This document shows, in pieces, positions 34,215-46,798 of a stretch of DNA of 64,000 nucleotides. The notes below the pieces were generated by a model. That model did not search any database. It had not been told where the DNA came from and saw only the letters and a program-made list of their open reading frames with translations. Position 1 is the stretch's first letter, and each line of letters starts with the position of its first letter. The translations under genes and the position numbers were made by a program. Location: assembly GCA_000004985.1 (NCBI GenBank), contig GG738895.1. One strand, written 5' to 3'. This DNA comes from Naegleria gruberi (taxonomy: Eukaryota).

Positions 34215-34529
34215 ATGAAAAAAATGGATATTTCTAGATTTATTGATGGACAAAAGACTTCGTCTGTTACGTCATTTAGTCACATCAATGATTCATCAAA
34301 TACTTTTCTAAAAACCCCATCCCTTGATGTTGTTGACTCAATACTTGCCAACCAAAATCCACAACTTTCCAATGCCAGCGAATATTTTAAAGTTTCTAAT
34401 ACTAAACTGGTTTCATACGGAGATGATAATCAAAAAACTGGACCATTGATGATTCTCAATCAAAATATTTCTAATTATCATGAAAAGAAAACGGAAACAT
34501 TGTTTAAATTTAAATTGTGGCAAGAATAA
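34215..34529 (+). CDS. Hypothetical small Ser/Asn-rich protein (104 aa)
   Basis: ATG-initiated ORF in the gap between APC11 and the katanin 3' end. No domain. It may be UTR-derived. Confidence 0.25.
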   Translation: MKKMDISRFIDGQKTSSVTSFSHINDSSNTFLKTPSLDVVDSILANQNPQLSNASEYFKVSNTKLVSYGDDNQKTGPLMILNQNISNYHEKKTETLFKFKLWQE

Positions 34530-34541
34530 TACATAATATAT

Positions 34542-36406
34542 TTATTTAATTGATTTGACAACTCTCCTTGATAGTAATGCCAAATCTGTTAATTGAGAAA
34601 AGTCAGCTGATCTTCCAATAATTATCCTCTTAACTTCTCCAAAGTATTTCTTACAGGATTGGCATTTAGAAATTCTTGCCTCCAAATTAATATCAATTTG
34701 AGCATTACTGTTTGCAAGTTGAAGATTATCTTCAATTAATTGAGCAAAACAATTGTGGAGTAAATGAGTTATTTTCAGTGCTGTCGAAATATGTTCTTCA
34801 TAATTTTCCTGAACGAGCTCGATAATTATTGGAAGTAAATATACACACATATCAAGAGATATATTCTTCTTGGCTTCTGGACGAAGTAACTCGTTTAACA
34901 TATCTGAAGCTAATGGAAGATCTTTCATCTTGGCCATAGCTTTAATGGCTTCCTTTGGATCACCTTGATCAATCCACGTTCTTCTCACAATCTTGAGATT
35001 ATTTAATCTATTTGTCATTGCAACAGCCATCTTTTGATGCGACTTCATAATGCCATTAATGATATCCTCGTCACTAATCTCTGTAATTACTTCTCCTTTC
35101 TAATGAAATGTTATTGAAACTCAAATACAAAGATACTTACTGGAAGGAAGTTATCAATATCTAAATTTGCTGGCTCCTTTCTCTTTGCAGAGACAATTGC
35201 AACCTCAGGTGTTTGTCCTCCTAATTGAGGAGTTCTCCTTCCTTCGCCTGATACTTTTGTTACCGTAAATACTTCTCCATTATTTGTTGTAGTTGTAGAT
35301 ATACTAACAGGCTTTCTATTTCTAATTTCATTCAGTACATCCTCAGTTGAACTATTGAGGTTTTCATTGAAACTCTCCTGAGTAATCTGAGGTGAAAGAA
35401 TTACCTTCTTATTATCATCTCCACTACCAGTATACCAAGGCTTTACAGAATCGACTGGAATAACCCAAACACCAACATATCCATTGATATTAGGATTATT
35501 TGCAACAGTAAATACTTGATTCAATCCTTGATGTAAATATACATCTCCAACATCACTCCATCTAGCATCTACATTGTCAATACAACGCATATTCTCACTC
35601 TTCCAACTGTGAACTTTCAGTCCTTCATTGCAAATTGATAAGATAACAGATCCCTCATTTGGACTAAATTGCACAGACTTGATTGCAGAAGGGAAAATAT
35701 CAGAACGAGAAACCATATCAACTCCTCCATCAATATTGAAAACTGAAACAGTTCTATCTAAACTGCCTGTAGCAACCAAGAAATCAGATGGGTGAAAGTC
35801 CATACAAGTCAAAGCATTTCTGTGAGCTTGTGTTTGGTAGAATAATTTTCCAGCAATAACATCATAAACTCTGAGAAAACCATCCTCACAACCTGTTACA
35901 ATCCATTTTCCATCAGGAGTGAATTTTACTACGGTAACAGCCTCCTTTTCTACTTGACCTTTGTATGTTTGAACAGCTTTCCTCTCCTTAACATCCCAAA
36001 CTTTTAAATTTGTATCAAGAGAACCTGTTGCGAAATAATTAGCAAAAGGATGGTAGTCAATACAAGTAACACTTGCACGATGTCCATTTACATAAATTGC
36101 ACTGGAGTGATTTAATTGTTGTCCAGAATTTAAATCCCATGATCTGATTGAACCGGATTCAGCAGCAGCAATAAGTAAATCTTCTGTATTATTAAAAGCG
36201 AGACAAGTAATTGGACTTTTATGACCAATCAGAGACATTAAGGGCTCATCATTGGCAGCATGCCATACTTTTACTATAGCATCTTCACTTCCGGTTGCAA
36301 ATATTTGACCAGATTTTCTACCAATCCTCGAACACAACACTTGTTTTTTGTGTGCTGCAAAGTTTCTCAAATTAATTGCTCGTCCTCTCAAATCATCGAT
36401 TAGCAT
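34542..36406 (-). CDS. Katanin p80 WD40 regulatory subunit (KATNB1-like); 2 exons, 607 aa
   Basis: Proposed structure is join(36406..35141,35099..34542), with a 41-nt intron GTAAGT...CAATAACATTTCATTAG. The N-terminal WD40 blades (GHKSPITCLAFN, SIRSWDL, TGSLDTNLKVWDV, KFTPDGKWIVTG) align block-by-block with human KATNB1. The C-terminal exon encodes the con80 domain (RLNNLKIVRRTWIDQGDPKEAI...LLPIIIELV...KCQSCKKYF). Confidence 0.85.
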
Positions 36407-36576
36407 TTTTTATTTTAAGAATTTCTGTACGTAAAAAAGGCGCCATTTTGGTTTTAAAAACAATAAACGTCAAACTCCCTTGATTGTTATTGCGAGTTGT
36501 ATAATTTGTCATACAATTTACAAGTACTCAAATGAGGAATTGTAATAAATAAATCTTTTTGAGTCTTATTAAAAAT

Positions 36577-37776
36577 TTAGAATTGAGAAGTAAGTGATTT
36601 TGGTTTGATATCCAAATCTTCAAAAGTCATAACTGTCTTCTTATAGGATGGTTCACCAAGTCTATCCAAAACTCCTTGAAGTGTCAAATCACCACCATGT
36701 TGTCTCAAAATATTGAATTGGTCACGAGTGACAGTTGGATTTGGTAACATTTGCGTACATCCAAGAATAAAATCAAAGACTGGATATGGAGTTGGTATAG
36801 CTGGTCTACTGAAAGTCTTTGAAATAATTTGACCAAAGGTCATTACTTCTGGACCTGCCAAATACAAATTCTTTCCTTTAGTTTCTTCAACCTTGGAGAA
36901 AATTGTCTTTTCGAGAGCTTCAACAACATCTTCAACAAAAACTGGTTGAAGTTTAGCACCTGAGAATGGTGTTGGTATAACTGGGAAGAATTTCAATGGA
37001 GTTCTTCTGATTCTGTTAATATAAGCACCTGATGAGTAGTTACCCTTTCTATCGAACATAATACTTGGCTTTACATTGGTTGAATTTGGGAAATTACCAT
37101 AGACAATATCCTCAGATCTGAAATTGGTATCAGACCACCATGAAGGTGAATCAAGTTCCGAGTTAAGGAAAGTAACATTAATCATTTGGTCAGCACCATT
37201 TGTGTGTGCACTATGAGAAATATTGCTTGGTCCATCAATATAAATTTCAACAAAAGTGTTATCACTTTCATAAAGGATTCCTGTAAGATTGATAACAACA
37301 TCACTTCCGTAAATAGCTCTATCAACAGAGTCCTTATCAGTGACGTCAGAATAAACAACAGTAATGTTATCTAAATAGTTCCAATTAACATTAAATTATC
37401 ATTATCAAAATTATCAAGGTTGTTTGTGTTAAACATTTTCAAGCCATAAGAGATTTGTTACATACCACCAATTCTCTTAGCTACTGGTTCAAATTCATTA
37501 TTTCCTCTACAAGCAACAATAACTCTATCGCATTGTGGAGCGATACGCTTCACGACTTCTTGTCCAAGGAAACCATTACCACCAAAGATAGTCACTGTTG
37601 GTTTAACATGTCTAACAGAGGTTGTAGCAGTGGAATAAAACTAGTTAATATCCAAAATTAAATAATTTAATATAACAAGAGATTTAAATAATAATATTTA
37701 CTTTTTGTTGGGAGGTAAGTAAATTTTTGGAGAGGAGAGATTTGTTTCCGCTGACGAGTCTCTTAAAGCTTTGCAT
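36577..37776 (-). CDS. NADH dehydrogenase (complex I) 39-kDa subunit NDUFA9-like (NmrA/SDR fold), mitochondrial; 3 exons, 347 aa
   Basis: Proposed structure is join(37776..37702,37640..37466,37370..36577). Exon 1 encodes only a presequence MQSFKRLVSGNKSLLSKNLLTSQQK. Introns are GTAAAT..AACTAG (61 nt) and GTATGT..ATTTAG (89 nt). VTIFGGNGFLGQEVV is the Rossmann motif. DVTDKDSVDRAIYGSDVVINLTG matches the NDUFA9 block [23 protein letters not shown]. Confidence 0.75.
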
Positions 37777-38009
37777 TTTTTATTTTTTACCGAATGATGG
37801 CTTGCTTTTGCGATAATTTTCTTGCCAAACAATAATTTTTTAAATTATTAACAATCCGTGATGATGAAGGATGAGAAGAAAATATTAATTACATATTTAA
37901 ATACTTTCAAGGGTAAATAATGCAGAGCATTGATCAAAACACTTGTCAGTTGCGAGGAGAATTGAAAACTTGTCATTGCAGGAATAAATGTTTGTAAATT
38001 AAAAAAAAA

Positions 38010-40016
38010 ATGTTCTCAAGAGCCTCATCTTCCGCTCGCTCGCTCTTCCAAAGATCAAGCTTGTTTTTCAAAGAAAACAATGCTGGTAAGAATTTCGAAA
38101 AAGTGACAAAGAGATTCAAGTCAAGTGGTGAAAGAGAGAAATATTTCAACGAATATGGTACCAGACCAGAATATTTACAAAACAAGAGAAAGACTTCATT
38201 CATGCCTCTCTTCTTCCTTGCCGGATTCGTGCCATTGGTTTTAACGCCTATGGTTATCGATTGGTGGATTAGAAGTGATCGTCAAAATGGTGATGAAAAC
38301 TTGAAGGAATATTTGCAACAAAAGGCTGTGAAGGAAGAAATTAAAAAGGACAAAACCAATCATCATGAGGACGTTACTGTTGCTTCAGCAAAGAAGCCAG
38401 AAGTTAGTAAATACAGTATGTAGAGAAACAACATAAACAAGGTTAGGGATAACCAAGGAACTTATAAATTTTGAAATTTAATTGAATTTTCTATAATAAT
38501 AATAATAATAGAATATGTATTAATTGGTGGTGGAACAGCATCATATGCTGGTAAGTTTAGTTTTAAATTACAATAGATTTATTAACAATTAAAAGCTTTG
38601 AAGGCTATCAGAAAGAACGACCCATCAGCCAACGTTCTTATTGTTACAGTTGAGGAATATGCTCCTTATGAACGTCCACCTCTCTCAAAGGAACTCTGGG
38701 ATTCACCAAAGAGTGAGGAATTAAAGTTTGTTAATTGGCTCGGTCAAGAAACCTCAGTTGAATATGAACCTGTTTCTGCTTATGAGAAGGACGAAAATAT
38801 TACCCTCCTTACCAAGACTAAAGTAGTTCAATTGGATACTCATAACCAAACTATTTTGGCCTCTAACGGAAAGCATTATACTTATGAAAAGTGTCTCATT
38901 GCTACAGGAGGTACTCCAAGGTATGTAATTATTTCCTAAATTTCAATAATTAATTTTCATTAGAGAATTGCCAGGTAGTGACCAATTCCCAGACAAGGTA
39001 ACCACTTTCAGAACCATTTCTGACTATAAGAAGTTGGCTGAAGTAGCCAATAAGGATAATGCTCATGTAAGTTGTTGTTTCATTTTTTTTGTTGAAATTT
39101 TTGGAAACCATGTAGATTCTCATCGGTAAGTTAATTAGTAAGGATTTATTTAAATGATAACAATCATCTAGTCGGTGGTAGTTTCTTGGGTACTGAATTG
39201 AGTTATGCTGTTGCTAACAAGGTTAACAAGAAGAAGGGTTCAAAGGTCACCCAAGTTTATCTTGAACCTGATGTTTTGGCTCGTTGGCTTCCAAGATACC
39301 TCAGTGAACGTGTTAGACAAACACTCATCTCTGCTGGTGTCAATTTGAAGCCAAATACCAATGTTGTCAGTGTTGAACCAAGTAAGGGATCTGATAGAGT
39401 CATTGTTTCTTTGGATAATGGTGAAAAATTGGAAGCTGACTTTGTTGTAACTACTACTGGTATCTATCCAAATACCTATGTTGCCGAAGAAGCTGGTTTG
39501 GAAATTGATCCACAAAACAGTGGTATTGTTACCAACTCTCAATTGGAAGCTGTTCAAAACGTCTTTGTTGCTGGTGATGTATTGAGCTACTATGATGTTG
39601 TTTTGGGTAGAAGAAGATCTGAACACCACGAACATGCTGAAGCAACTGGTAGACATGCTGGTACTAACATGTCTACTAGTGCCAAGAAGCCATTCCACTA
39701 CATTAGTATGTTCTGGAGTGATGTTGGTAATGTCCACTTCCAAGCTGTTGGTGAAGTTAACTCATCTCTCGACACTTATGCTGTTTGGAATGATGTTGTT
39801 ATCAAGCAAAATGGTAGCTCATGGACTACTTCTGCTTCTCCAGTTGTTGCCTCAAACTTTGGTAGTGGTGCTGTTTACTATGTCAGAGACAAGAAGGTTG
39901 TTGGTATCTTGTTGTGGAATCTTCCAGATAAATTGGGTCACGCTCGTAAGGTTATTTTGGAAAAGAAGCAATATACCTCATTGGAAGAATTGAAGGATAA
40001 GATTAAGCTTAATTAA
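38010..40016 (+). CDS. Apoptosis-inducing factor (AIFM1-type FAD/NAD oxidoreductase), 6 exons including a 10-nt micro-exon, 575 aa
   Basis: Proposed structure is join(38010..38415,38512..38550,38596..38920,38964..39066,39116..39125,39172..40016). Introns are 96, 45, 43, 49 and 46 nt (GTATGT or GTAAGT donors). Lengths sum to 1728, which is 3 x 576. The protein aligns along its whole length with human AIFM1. Shared blocks: YVLIGGGTASYAALKAIRKNDP, ERPPLSKELW, YEKCLIATGGTPR, ILIVGGSFLGTEL and LGRRRSEHHEHAEATGRHAG. Confidence 0.85.
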
Positions 40017-40111
40017 TTATTTGGGTTGATTAATTTCCCTTATTGTATATACAAAACTATTTTTATAACCGTTATGAAAAGCGCTGCATATTCTTTTTCT
40101 CACCTTAAAAA

Positions 40112-42852
40112 ATGACTTCACCGTTTAGGGGTTCTCCTTTCCTCTCTTATAACAATAAGCAGAGGGGTGGTTTATCTCCAAACTCTGTGAATATCAACAA
40201 GAAAAACCCATCATCCTCTCCGATCTCATTAAAATCCTTCTACAATATAAAGCTTAAAAAACAACAAGAACCTTTTTCGCCAACAACAACAGCATCAAGT
40301 GATGAGGAGGAATATGATAGTCCAGAAAAGAAGAGAGAAATGGCCCAGGATTTATTACGAAGATCTCACCTTCGTCAAAAGAAAAAGATTAAGGAAAAAT
40401 TGGAAATCTACGTTGACAAGGATATTAGGCTATTGAGGGAAGAATCTGAGAAGCTTTCGGAAGAACGGTTCAAAGCTGTTTCCAACCAAGAACAGGATCA
40501 TGTTGACTTTGTGAAGAAAATGTTTGGTGATTTGGAAAAGGTTTATTATGAGAGGAGTCAGCGAAAAATGAGATTACTGAACCGATTAGTCTATTTGAAA
40601 GGTAAGAAATCTTTGCAATACTTGAAAATTTAATTCTTTAAGCCAAACAAATGATTAATAAGATTGCATTTGAAAGTAATATTGAGGAGAATATCATTTC
40701 AACTGATGAAATTACAGATATTGCCCATCAAAAAACAAGAGCATGGATGACAAATATTGTAGAGGATAATATTCAATCTCTGAAGGGGGATTTTATCTAT
40801 AAGTTCGAGGAATTTACAAGAATCACTCCTGAGGAGGAAATCAAGGAATTGAAGGAATCAATCTTTAAATACGTATCTCCAGTGGTAGAGAAGAAAAAGA
40901 GAGATAGTAGCATTGCAAGAAAAACACACTACCAATCTATTAAGGCATGCAAAGAAAGAGTTCTTAATGCTTTTACTAGAAATATTAAGAATAAGTTTGA
41001 GAAGAATTTTGAAGACAAGTACAATGAAAAAGTTCAGCAAATTAGTCTAGGAAAGGAAGCAGTGCAGTTAACACCTGATGAAATTATCGAATTTTTGGAA
41101 GCTGATGTTGAAGATTATGAAACTGATATTGGTGTAATTGATGCTGAAATAGATAGAATCAACAATGAAATTACTGAATGGAGGGAAAAGATTGAAATGA
41201 AGAGGGAGTATCACGAAAAACAAAAAGCTGCAATTCAAAGTCAAATTGATTATGTTTCCCAATCAAATCAAGATCTACTCAATAGTATCACAAAGCTGAA
41301 GAAACAACAACAAGCTGTTAAACTGGCAGATACAAAGTTTGTCGAATCAGTTGGTGGAACATTGTTATCAGAATTAATTGAAAAGACACATAGAATTCTC
41401 AAAAGCGATGTACCTAGACTTAAGAACATGTCATCAACCATTGAAGATGAAATTTTATCTTTGGAAAGAGTAATCATAGAAAAAGAAAACGAGGCCAATT
41501 CACTTTCTGAAAAGATGAAGTCTGAAGAAGAGTCAATGAATAATCTCTCCAAGAGACTCAGCATTCTGGGAGTTAGATTGTACCAACATGAGAAAAATAT
41601 CAAGGTACTGGAAGAGAATAAGATTAGTGCCCAAAACGAATGTGAAAAGATTAGATCCCAATTAGAAACTCTAAGAAAAACGGCTCCCAATAGACAACTT
41701 CGTTCGATGGCAAGTAATCATGCATATGAAGAAATGGCTAAATCAATAGAAACCAATTGTACAATATTTTCTCAGGACTTGACAAAACACAAGGAAAATA
41801 ATGAAATGATTATTGAATTTTTGAAAGAGAGAAGAACCAGACTCCAAGAATTGTGTGAATATAACCAACAAAAGATAAGGAAATTGATCAAATATTCTGG
41901 TTCCTTACATAGTATTTGCTCTCCTCATGTAACTCTTGAGCATTCAATTGTAACCATTTACCAAGAGGAACTCGAAAAAGCGTTCAATAACTACAAGAGT
42001 ACAATACAGTCTATCGCAAAGGAATCTGTGAGAAATGCAAACGTGGCAAAATATTTTAATGAAAGAGCCAAGGGAGGATGTGTTGTTTACAAATTCTCGA
42101 ATTACATGTTTGAAAACGACTTGTTAAGGTATGAAATGGGTGTTGATAACCCTAAAATTGAAAAATCAGAAATTGAGGCCTCAATTCAAAAGCAGTTTGT
42201 AAAAGATTCAAGATTGGTTTTATTACTAAACTTTTTACTTGAAATAACAGGTCTCAGCCAAGAATACATTATTCCAGACGGTCTAACTCCAAGTTATTCT
42301 TCACTGTTAGATATGATCCGTAACAAGAATTTCCATGATCATAATGGTATTTCAGTATGTGATTCAGCCAAATCAAAGAATGAGACCTCATTCCTGGATA
42401 ACAAAATATATGGAGAAATTAACACTATCTTCATTAACGCAATTGAAAATCAAACAGTTGTTGATAAGCATGATATAATGAACAGAATTGACCAATTACA
42501 AGAATTAGTATGTAAAAAAGAAGGTGTAAATATGGATGAATTGGAGCAGAAACTTCAAAAGAAACTTGTATTGGTTCAGAGGGAAAAAGAGAGGGCAGCT
42601 GGATTGCAGAAAGAGCTTGAAAGGATTGAAAAGAAAAACCTGGAAACATCCAATACTACTGAAAGGGAAGTAAGAATCAGAGTGAACAGTTTACCTTTGC
42701 CATCTACAGATACCGTGATATATTTTGATGAGGAAACCAATAAGATAGTGGCTGAAGAAAGACAAACTAGAAAGAGAAATTCCTCCTTTTCCCCACGTAG
42801 TTTGATTTCTAAAATTGAAAGTGCCAAGTCAAACTCTCAAAATCAAAATTAG
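40112..42852 (+). CDS. Hypothetical long coiled-coil protein (about 899 aa); 2 exons
   Basis: Proposed structure is join(40112..40601,40643..42852). ORF 40112..40633 ends 9 codons after a GTAAGA donor. A 41-nt intron (..TTCTTTAAG) joins it in frame to ORF 40651..42852. Heptad-rich Glu/Lys/Leu sequence throughout. Confidence 0.55.
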
Positions 42853-43562
42853 TCTTCAGCTTCTCTGTCCTTTTCAGGTACAAATCTTGTCACCTTCATG
42901 GTGGAAAGTGTAATATTACATTTCAAAATATCTGTAACATTCTTTGAAATATCTAGATCCCCAATTATTTTGTATTGACAAATAATTAAATCCTTTTTAA
43001 CATTAACCGAAATTCTACAATGATGTTGTAGTTCTTTCCATGACATTGATTGTAAATTATTTGCTGAAATAATGCTGACACCATACTGAGCGTGCTCATA
43101 TTCTGGATTTTCTTTGTATAAAACAAAATCACAACCATATTTTGATCCAGATCTTGTTATCCATCCTCTACTTCTAAAATAATGATAAATTGCATATCTA
43201 GAAACAAAGAATTCACCTCCCTCAATTTCACAAAATATTTTGAAACAATCCTGAATTGTTTTAATTTCTCCTTTAACACTTATCCTAATACATCCAATGG
43301 CATAATATAAATAAAAAGCTTCTTGAAGTGATAAAACAGTATGTTCCTTTGGTTCTGCTTGACATGAAAAATCTTCATTTCCCGTAAATATTTCTGATGA
43401 AGTTGATGCAATAATGGAATCATACCAAGTTTTAAATAAAGGTTTGGATCTTGATAATTCTCCCTTTCCGAAAATTCCAAGGTCATACAATGATGCATTT
43501 TCTACAATGACATGATTTCCGATTAGTTTCCCAATAAATGGTTCAATACTAGTTGTTTGCAT
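42849..43562 (-). CDS. tRNA-splicing endonuclease subunit Sen2-like
   Basis: The track start 43571 is TTG. The first ATG is 43562 (MQTTSIEPF...). GIFGKGELSRSKP matches TSEN2 GFFGKGILSRSRP. The catalytic C-domain YAIYHYFRSRGWITRSGSKYGCDFVLYKENPEYEHAQYGVSII matches the tRNA-intron endonuclease fold. Its stop overlaps the stop of the convergent gene by 2-3 nt. Confidence 0.7.
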   Translation of the reverse strand: MQTTSIEPFIGKLIGNHVIVENASLYDLGIFGKGELSRSKPLFKTWYDSIIASTSSEIFTGNEDFSCQAEPKEHTVLSLQEAFYLYYAIGCIRISVKGEIKTIQDCFKIFCEIEGGEFFVSRYAIYHYFRSRGWITRSGSKYGCDFVLYKENPEYEHAQYGVSIISANNLQSMSWKELQHHCRISVNVKKDLIICQYKIIGDLDISKNVTDILKCNITLSTMKVTRFVPEKDREAED

Positions 43563-43606
43563 TTTTTTCAATTATTTAAATATTAAATTATTTATTAAAT
43601 TTACAC

Positions 43607-44502
43607 CTAGTAATCCTTTTCTCCAATAATTGTTTCAGGATTGAATAAATTAGTTTCTTTTTTGTCAGATTTGTTCGATGTAACCTGCAAAACACGTTCA
43701 AGAATAGTGTTAGTTGGGTTGACTGATTTCTTGTGTTCTCGGATTTGATTGAAAACTTTTTCTTGAAGGTTGTTCGAATCTCTGTTTAGCTGTTTTAGTT
43801 GTTCACCTAGCATTCCAAATTGGAGTACACCTACTGTGGCTCTCTGTATCGATTCATCTAGTGATTTAGTCAAATCTGATGCAACTTCTACTACAGGCTT
43901 AATATCTATTTCAGTATTGAGTTCATCAGTTTGAAGTTTAGAAAGATTATTAAGCATATGTTGATCATTTTCAAGATTTACAGAAATGTTCTTCCAAAAC
44001 ATGGATTCCTTTTCAAGTTGTGAAATTAATGTTGTATATGTTTTTTCTTTCATTCTATTCATTTCATTTTGAAAATTTGGTAGAATAACTTCTTGAGAAT
44101 ATTTCTCTATCAGTGTTGAAAGAAACTTCATATATTCTTCTCTAATTTCCGAAACTATAATTTGCATTAACATAAACTGCCAAAATGAAACTTACCAGTT
44201 TCCTCAACAATTGGGGCTTTACAGTAATTATTTTGTACATGATCAAATATTATTTCATTGAGAGAAATTAGTCTTTTAGCATCCTCCAAATCTTCTGGTA
44301 TGCCTACACAGAATTTTTCTCCAGCTTTCCTTTTATCCTTCACTTTCCTTCTCTTCTTTTTTCTCTCTGTTCTATCCCTTGATGGTTCCACCGTCGATTG
44401 TGTTGTTTCTTGATCTTTTTTCCTCTTCTTTTCTATTCCAATCGGTGATTTATATGAATCCTCTCGTGATGAAGAAGCAACAGCTTGTTTACTTGTCGAC
44501 AT
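43607..44502 (-). CDS. Hypothetical protein with a basic N-terminus and a helical C-terminal half; 2 exons, 284 aa
   Basis: Proposed structure is join(44502..44196,44154..43607), with a 41-nt intron GTAAGT..AAATTATAG that joins the two track ORFs in frame (..IVEET|VSEIREEYMKF..). Confidence 0.5.
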
Positions 44503-44710
44503 TTTTTTTAACGTTAAAATTAATATTTTTTGGTTTAAAACAAATTTATATTGGCGGGAAATTTAATCTAAACCGAAAATGAAACTCTTAATCAGTAAAG
44601 AAAAAAGATTGATTTAATTAATAATATTCTTTTAAAAGTTTAATATCTTTAATATTTAATGATTCATTCGGGCAATATTGTTGTATTACAATTTAATTAT
44701 TAAATAAAAA

Positions 44711-45983
44711 ATGCCATCATCAGATCAATCACTATCTTTATTTCCATCTTCATCTGTTTTACTTTCCAAAGCCTTCTCGATTACAAATTCTATTCGGAAT
44801 GGAATGACGATCCAAGCAGAGGAACCAAAGAGTTTGAATTTGTATGGATTTTTCTCTGCTGCTGTTGGTTTATCAAAAAGTGCCAAGGCTGCTGCCATGC
44901 AAGAAATATTTACAAAACAATCTGTTTATCCTAATATTGCTCATAGTGATCAAGTTTTTGAAAAAAGTGCAGGAGAAGATTCATATTTCCAAACATCACT
45001 TGCTTTTGGTGTAGGTTTTTATTTTGATTTAAACTTGAATTGATTTTTAGGTTGGTGACGGAGTTGGTATGTAATTTTGGATGTCATTTAAATTATATCT
45101 ATTGTATTTAGGTGGTTGGGTTAAATATAATGTTGATCCTTCCTTAATTAGTAGATCTATAACTACAGATTTATTGAAATATTTCCAAGAAAAGGAAAAA
45201 TCAATTATTGATGTTTTGAAAAATAGTAATAATGAAACTACTAATGAATCATCAGGTTGGTCTTCTTGGTGGGGAAAATCAGCTAGTACTTTTGTAATTA
45301 AGGAATCACCAGTTGAAATTCTTAGTAGAGCATATTATGGAATTAAAGCTAGTGGACAAATTAGAGCAGGTAGTACAACATTCTCAATGGTTATGCTTTC
45401 AGATATGGACAAAGGTATTGCTAAATCACTGAATATTGGTGATAGTGGCTTTGTAATTATTAGAAATGGAGGTATCATCTACAGATCTAAGCCTCAGCAA
45501 CATAGATTTAACGCTCCATATCAACTTACCATATGTCCTCCAGAAAGAAATGGAACCTGTATTCAAAATGAACCAAAAGATGGTGACTTGGTTGAACATC
45601 AATTAGCAGATGGTGATATTATTGTAATGGGAACTGATGGATTGTTTGACAATTTATTTGATTGGCAAATTCTTCAAATAATTAATCAAGGACAAGCAGG
45701 TATTGAACCATTTTCTGAAATTTTGAAAAAGGCAGCAACAGGTGATAAGGAAAGTATATTACGTGTAAATCAACAACTTCATAACAGAGCTCGAGAGATT
45801 GCCAAACTTGCCAGAATTGTTTCTATATCAGATAGTAACTTTACCTTTACTCCATTCTCCAAAGCTTACACTGAGGAAACTGGACGACACATTTCTGGAG
45901 GTAAGAAAGATGACATTACAGTCATTGTAGCAGCCTTGTTGAAGAGAAAGATTTTCGTTGATTCATTCAGTAAAAATCAATAA
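44711..45983 (+). CDS. PP2C-type protein phosphatase, PPTC7-like; 3 exons including a 16-nt micro-exon, 395 aa
   Basis: Proposed structure is join(44711..45010,45051..45066,45112..45983). Introns are 40 nt (GTAGGT..TTTTTAG) and 45 nt (GTATGT..TATTTAG). The micro-exon GTTGGTGACGGAGTTG restores the PP2C motif 1 as ..AFGVGDGVGGWVKY. Downstream motifs LNIGDSGFVIIRNGG, QQHRFNAPYQL and DGDIIVMGTDGLFDNL are PPTC7-like. Lengths sum to 1188, which is 3 x 396. Confidence 0.75.
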
Positions 45984-46054
45984 GTCTTGTAAACACAATA
46001 ATCTAAATGGTTTTATATCTAAATTTACAATAATAATATCATACATATTTACAA

Positions 46055-46798
46055 TTATTTTTCTGCAATATTTAAAGTGATTTGCTTTTCAGCCAAGTTT
46101 GCTAGAGTCAGTGTCATACTAGCATGTTCCTCAATTGAAAATCTTCTGGCAGGGAAAGTTGTCACAATTACATAATTTTCCATATCCATATCCTTAGTGA
46201 CTTCTAAATAATCAAAAATATCACCAATGGTATCAGAATATCTAAATCTTCTCGTTAATCTTGTTGAATCAGGTAATCTTATTAAAACTTTAGCAATAGA
46301 TGATTCAGTTTCACCTGGTTCTTGTTTCAAATTGGATGCTTTTTGTCTTCTTAATCTTAATTTTTCTTCCTCTCTTCGTTGTCTTTCCTCCTCCTCTCTT
46401 TGTCTTTGTCTTTCCTCTTCACGTTGTCGTTGTCTTTCCAATTCCTCTTGTCGTTGTCTTTCTTGGTCCAATCTGAGAGATCGATTATAAGCTTCATCCT
46501 GCTCATCTCTCAATGAAGTAACAACTGGAGAATTTCCTCCCAAGTCAACCATTGTTCCTCCAGTACGTGTTGATGTGTTTCTACTAGCAGCAGTCGAGGA
46601 TGACAAATTTCTGAGTGATGCCTCATATTCTTGTCGTTGTAGCAACTGAGCAAACTCCTCATCAGTCATTCCATCATGTGCCAATTCGTGATTCTCCTGC
46701 ATAGATGTCATATCCTCATCACCAGGACTTTGTCTAGCATTAAAATCATTAGCTGCTAATCCGTGATGTTCCATCTCTTCATCAGATTCTACCATCAT
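46055..46798 (-). CDS. UBX-domain protein with a central Arg/Glu-rich coiled coil (UBXN1/FAF-like)
   Basis: The track ORF starts at GTG 46855. The first in-frame ATG is 46798 (MMVESDEE...). Features: an ERQRQREEERQRQREEEERQRREEE coiled coil, and a C-terminal UBX fold (IRLPDSTRLTRRFRYSDTIGDIFDYL...FPARRF). An upstream 5' exon is possible. Confidence 0.65.
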   Translation of the reverse strand: MMVESDEEMEHHGLAANDFNARQSPGDEDMTSMQENHELAHDGMTDEEFAQLLQRQEYEASLRNLSSSTAASRNTSTRTGGTMVDLGGNSPVVTSLRDEQDEAYNRSLRLDQERQRQEELERQRQREEERQRQREEEERQRREEEKLRLRRQKASNLKQEPGETESSIAKVLIRLPDSTRLTRRFRYSDTIGDIFDYLEVTKDMDMENYVIVTTFPARRFSIEEHASMTLTLANLAEKQITLNIAEK

